Shown here piece by piece: positions 35,669-39,525 of a stretch of 39,525 nt of DNA. The notes beneath the pieces are model-generated. The model did not search any database. It was not told the DNA's origin and saw only the letters and a list, made by a program, of their open reading frames with translations. The position numbers were made by a program, and so were the translations under genes. Source of the DNA: Candidatus Blautia equi (lineage in GTDB: Bacteria; Bacillota; Clostridia; Lachnospirales; Lachnospiraceae); contig JAGHUU010000077.1 in assembly GCA_018064695.1 (NCBI GenBank), positions 1 to 39,525 on the forward strand. The letters are read 5' to 3'. Numbering within the stretch: the first letter of the stretch is position 1; each line of letters starts with the position of its first letter.

Positions 35669-37948
35669 ATGCGAGAATTGGATTCATTAAAATTGTATGA
35701 ATTCCTTAGAATATTCAAGAATGTCAAAGGATTAAAAAACAAAGCAGAAGTCATCAGAGCTATTCAGGATGAATTTGAATGCTCTATTGGTCCTGGTGCT
35801 GCTCCCTCAGAGCGGGCGATTCATGCTTGGTTCTCGGAGAAAAAACTTACCAGACCACCCCGAAAACTTACTGTAGAATTACTAACCAATCTTTTTACTA
35901 TTGATGATAACGATGCTTATTATTCCAGAATAATAAAGGAATTACAAATTCTGGATATTAATACGGAACACCTCAAGAGCCTGGAAGTAAATGAACTAGT
36001 TTTTCAGATGTCTCAGATAGTACTTGGAGCTTATATTAATCGTACTGAATATACAAATACTGCAAGTCAATCCAATACAACTGAATCATCAGAAGTTCCA
36101 CATTACTTAACACAATTGCCCCTATATACAGATCGACACAATTTTTTGTTCCGTGAGAAAGAGACTGATTTTATTATTGAGACAATTCGTTCTTCAAGAA
36201 TCCCTATTCTTATCTGTGGCATGGGAGGAATTGGAAAAACATCATTGGCAAGATTTCTATTCTATAAACTTGAAAATGATTATGATATAGTGGGATGGGT
36301 TACAAATTTAGGAGGATTGGAGAATTCTTTGCTGACATATGTAGATATGTATCAGGATAGTATTTCCAATCAGGAAAGATTAAAAAAAGTCAAAGAGTTT
36401 TTACGCGATAATCCTAAAAAGAAATTATTGATTATTGATGATGCGGATGAAACGATGTTCGAGGATTCTCTATTATATCAGATTGCAAGTTGGAGAAACT
36501 TAACATTGATTGTTACTTCCCGTGTTGAGGAAGCAGAAGGATTCTTAAGTGTGCCTGTGAATGAATTATCAGATGATGAATGCAGAACATTTTTTTATCA
36601 CTATTATGATTTGAATAAACACGCTTCTGAAAAGAATGTTGTTGACAAGATTATTCAATATTCAGGCAATCACTCATTGACTCTCGAATTGATTGCGAAA
36701 GGTGCAAAATATAAAACTCGATTGGATTCCTTTTATCAGCAGATAGAAGAGATCGGGATAAATACGATTAATCGTCCGCTTTCTAGCGCCAAGCGTAAAT
36801 CTTTACTAATTGAAGAACATTTACGAGATTTATATGATTTATCAACACTGTCACAAGAGGAAAAAAGGGTATTACATAATCTGGCAAAATTCCCTTCGGT
36901 TGATATTCCTATTGAAATAGTTGAATGGATTAATACCTCTGAATCTATTTTTGAAAAATTAATTCGTTTGGGATGGCTTGCATTTCATAGCAAAGGGTAT
37001 TACATGCATCCAATAATAAAGAATATAGTAAGTATGGATGAATGTATCTCTGAAGAGTTTGATGCAATGATGAAAACAATAGGGAATAATAAGGAGGTTA
37101 ATAGTCTTTATTGTATAGAAGACGCAAAAGAAATCAAGGATTTTAAACTCGAGATAGTTCTACATTTTATACATGATGTTAAGTATGATGCTTCCGAAAA
37201 AGTGAAAGGTTGGATGAATCTTATCCTCTTTTACGCGACTGATTATTACTACTTGGAAGAACAAGCGAAGCAGATAGCGGACTTTTATGAGAAAGAAGGA
37301 ATAGTGGACAAGGAAATACATATTAATATTTTAAACCTTCAGGCCACAGCAGCACTTAATTTACAAAAACTTGAAACAATAGAGCAAAATATTCTTCTTC
37401 TGGAAGAGTATTTGCAAACTATGCCGGAGACAGCATTGGATATTATTACAAGTATGCTTGTCCCAATTATCGTTTTTTATGAAAAATCAAATTTGATAGA
37501 AAAATGTAATAAGTATGTGAGAAAATTGTTTCAAATAACACAAAATTACAATCCATTAACATTTCATGATTATACGGCATATCTACAATCTATTAATATG
37601 ATGAGTGCATTTTATATTCGTCGTAGATTATGGGATAATGTTGAAAACGTAATACAAGCTGTCCTTGGAAAAGAGCTTCCTGTTGAAGTAAAAAAAACAG
37701 TAATCTATGGTGTGTTTTGTCATAATATTTCCAAGTTTTATACTGACAGAGAACCGTGGGAAGAAGCACATGACCATATTTCGATAGAATATGAATTGAA
37801 GGCATTAGATCTTTTCAAACTGTCGTGTGATGATAACCATCAGTTTTGCGTCACAGCAGAAAAAAGGATAAGAGAATATCACTCAAAATACTTCCCAGAT
37901 ACCAATTATGAAGAATGGATTGAAGAGAAGAAAAAATCTTTTGAATAA
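35669..37948 (+). CDS. STAND-class NB-ARC NTPase with N-terminal HTH-like region and C-terminal helical (TPR-like) repeats
   Basis: FLFREKE, Walker A GMGGIGKTSLA, Walker B LLIIDDAD, sensor IVTSR, GNHSLTLELIA (GxPL-equivalent) and YYMHPII (MHD-equivalent). GAGGAGG RBS. Confidence 0.88.
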   Translation: MRELDSLKLYEFLRIFKNVKGLKNKAEVIRAIQDEFECSIGPGAAPSERAIHAWFSEKKLTRPPRKLTVELLTNLFTIDDNDAYYSRIIKELQILDINTEHLKSLEVNELVFQMSQIVLGAYINRTEYTNTASQSNTTESSEVPHYLTQLPLYTDRHNFLFREKETDFIIETIRSSRIPILICGMGGIGKTSLARFLFYKLENDYDIVGWVTNLGGLENSLLTYVDMYQDSISNQERLKKVKEFLRDNPKKKLLIIDDADETMFEDSLLYQIASWRNLTLIVTSRVEEAEGFLSVPVNELSDDECRTFFYHYYDLNKHASEKNVVDKIIQYSGNHSLTLELIAKGAKYKTRLDSFYQQIEEIGINTINRPLSSAKRKSLLIEEHLRDLYDLSTLSQEEKRVLHNLAKFPSVDIPIEIVEWINTSESIFEKLIRLGWLAFHSKGYYMHPIIKNIVSMDECISEEFDAMMKTIGNNKEVNSLYCIEDAKEIKDFKLEIVLHFIHDVKYDASEKVKGWMNLILFYATDYYYLEEQAKQIADFYEKEGIVDKEIHINILNLQATAALNLQKLETIEQNILLLEEYLQTMPETALDIITSMLVPIIVFYEKSNLIEKCNKYVRKLFQITQNYNPLTFHDYTAYLQSINMMSAFYIRRRLWDNVENVIQAVLGKELPVEVKKTVIYGVFCHNISKFYTDREPWEEAHDHISIEYELKALDLFKLSCDDNHQFCVTAEKRIREYHSKYFPDTNYEEWIEEKKKSFE

Positions 37949-38065
37949 AAATATGGGATTGTGGAGAAGAGTATCGTGAGTATCAGGGATTTTATTCGGT
38001 AATCTTTTTGACGTTCAAGGATGTGAAATGTGAACACTCGATGAAACTTATGATATGATAAAAAA

Positions 38066-38125
38066 ACTGATAATTCACTTGCAGAAGAACTGACGCAGGA
38101 TGCCTTTTCGAGCATATATCAATTA
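38066..38125 (+). pseudogene. ECF sigma factor region-2 fragment
   Basis: TDNSLAEELTQDAF followed, after a frameshift, by RAYIN. Resembles 'D..LAEELTQETFFRA'. Very short. Confidence 0.45.
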
Positions 38126-38130
38126 CTAAC

Positions 38131-38459
38131 TAAGAGACTTCCCATACCTAAAATGGGATTGGTACTGAAAACTCTATATTTCAGCTAACAAAATAGAGAT
38201 TTATACCACGCATGCTGTTGAATGCAGTGCTTTCTGAAGATATTCCAGCAGTCTGTATTCATAATTAACAACAAATGTAGAGATCTTGTCATCAGTCAGC
38301 GTCAGTATCTGCTGAAGACTTGCAACAAGTGTTTCCATGAGGATATAAAGTGAACATGAAAAAGTGATCTCTGCCATTTCATCAACCCAAAGAACCGTTC
38401 ACCCAGCGTTCTCTGGTCGGAATTCTGTCGCTATTCCAAAGCAAGCAGCATATATCTTG
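38131..38459 (-). mobile_element. IS4-family insertion sequence remnant (transposase C-terminus plus probable terminal repeat)
   Basis: Minus strand RYMLLALE*RQNSDQRTLGERFF, frameshift, VDEMAEITFSCSLYILMETL...RLLEYLQKALH...*(38201). This resembles Firmicute IS4-family transposase C-termini. GAGACTTCCCATACC at ~38134 resembles their ends. Confidence 0.65.
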
Positions 38460-38578
38460 TAAATATGATCGCGGTATAAAAAATGGTGTTCAAGTAGAGA
38501 ATATGAAGAAGAAAAAACTTCCTTACTATGTTAAAACGAACATAGTGCCTGCTGTATTAACGTTCTAGAATTTTCAAC

Positions 38579-38875
38579 TTGCTTTTTTCCGGATCGGATG
38601 TTGATTCTTGGAAAAAAATGGGTGCGATATCGTATGATGATATTGAAATTAGAATTGAGGCACATGGAGTCGCTGAACATGGAAAAGTACCTTCGGATTC
38701 AGAATTGGTTAAATACGTATGGGAAAAGACAAATGCAGAGGGTACACCGGATAGGAGATACAAGAACAATAGACAATCACCAGTCATGAAATATGGGAAC
38801 ATAAAAATAACATCCAAGACCGGATTTGATATAGAATTTTTCTGTTCCAACGAAAATAAATCGTCATTTATCTGA
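38579..38875 (+). pseudogene. Fragment resembling the C-terminal region of DUF4236-containing proteins
   Basis: VPSDSELVKYVWEKTNAEGTPDRRYKNNRQSPVMKYG motif. No convincing RBS/start and no N-terminal part. Confidence 0.55.
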
Positions 38876-39031
38876 GTTGCCTTCTTATCCAAGTGCATGA
38901 CAGAAAGATTGAAGAACCCATAAGCAACGCATGATACGCACGCGGTAGTAATCCACAGCTCTAACGCACATAAATTTTTATTTTTGTGGCTTTAGATGAT
39001 CTTAATATTCTGAAATAACAGGAGAAATGAC

Positions 39032-39525
39032 ATGACTATAACTGATGCAATGATTCATCAATCAATTATGAAAAGTGCTATTGGTTCCGTAATTGCAGGG
39101 ATTGTATTCATACTTGGAGGAATTATATTTGGTTATTTTTTGGAAAAAGAGCGAAGACAGGTAATCGATGAAAAAGATCGAAAACTTCGTCTTATGTTTC
39201 ATTCAGTAACAGCAGTTCTTCTTTTGACAGGACTGTTCTTTACAGGATGGCTTGGGGGAAGATGGTTATTAAATTCGAAAAGTTATGTTGTCTATGAGAC
39301 TACGGTTGCTGATAAAAAAGAGTATCGAATACTAAAGAATAATAAAAATAAACATCATATCACATACGACATATTTTTTGAGGGAACCAGTACTCGGCAG
39401 CAATTAAGTTCAGCGCAAAAAGATAAATATGATTCAATTCATATTGGCGATAGGGTACTAATTGTTGATGGTGTTAATAATAGTTATCTGAAGGTATACT
39501 ATGAACCTGGATATACTTACGAAGG
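39032..39525 (+). CDS. Hypothetical membrane protein (2 TM helices), truncated by window end
   Basis: Open frame from ATG 39032 (AGGAG RBS) to the end: MTITDAMIHQSIMKSAIGSVIAGIVFILGG... Not in the supplied ORF track. Confidence 0.75.
   Translation, partial: MTITDAMIHQSIMKSAIGSVIAGIVFILGGIIFGYFLEKERRQVIDEKDRKLRLMFHSVTAVLLLTGLFFTGWLGGRWLLNSKSYVVYETTVADKKEYRILKNNKNKHHITYDIFFEGTSTRQQLSSAQKDKYDSIHIGDRVLIVDGVNNSYLKVYYEPGYTYE

Larger units (their letters stand above)
32838..39525. mobile_element. AT-rich accessory/genomic island region (runs off the window; left edge ~32.4-32.8 kb)
   Basis: Clear drop in GC and change in codon usage (judged by eye), plus multiple gene remnants and an IS fragment. 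No integrase or att site seen. Confidence 0.65.

Noticed and set aside
35428-35754. 108-aa minus-strand ORF across the STAND intergenic region
   Set aside because: No RBS, atypical composition, and it overlaps the STAND start and the candidate operator array.
38925-38975. Cluster of ACGCA motifs upstream of the last ORF
   Set aside because: Short, irregularly spaced, and no supporting structure.
1-39525. tRNA, rRNA, CRISPR array or prophage structural genes
   Set aside because: None recognised by eye. A tRNAscan-SE/Infernal run would be needed to exclude divergent RNAs.

Overview
This is a chromosomal segment from a Firmicute, probably Lachnospiraceae/Clostridia-like (inferred from gene content, GGAGG RBSs and sigmaA-type promoters). 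From 1 to ~32.4 kb it is a moderate-GC backbone of metabolic and housekeeping genes: an XRE regulator and coiled-coil gene, an uncharacterised 733-aa glycosidase-like gene with an IlvD/Edd dehydratase, GH10 xylanase, argC, glycerate kinase, pcp, an ABM/DnaJ/GNAT/esterase cluster, MBL hydrolase, nitroreductase, sfsA, a clostripain-family protein, a GH27 operon, PAP2, C69 dipeptidase, a chromate transporter pair, a WYL regulator divergent from sbcDC, and C39-like and 3D-domain proteins. From ~32.4-32.8 kb to the end is a visibly AT-rich island. It holds an intact divergent module (HTH-like/NB-ARC STAND protein opposite two secreted proteins, one with a YkuD-like His...SxGC motif) surrounded by gene debris (Bro-N, DUF6431-like, ECF sigma, IS4-family transposase, DUF4236-type fragments). 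The most notable signals are: (1) a strand-specific terminator-like hairpin inside the XRE ORF that would give a non-stop mRNA; (2) a dispersed, structured ~140-bp repeat with a compensatory base change; (3) the STAND module with 11-bp-phased ATGAAGT repeats in its divergent promoter region; (4) an in-frame TAA that removes the likely catalytic His of an esterase. All family assignments come from recognising motifs by eye, not from database searches.
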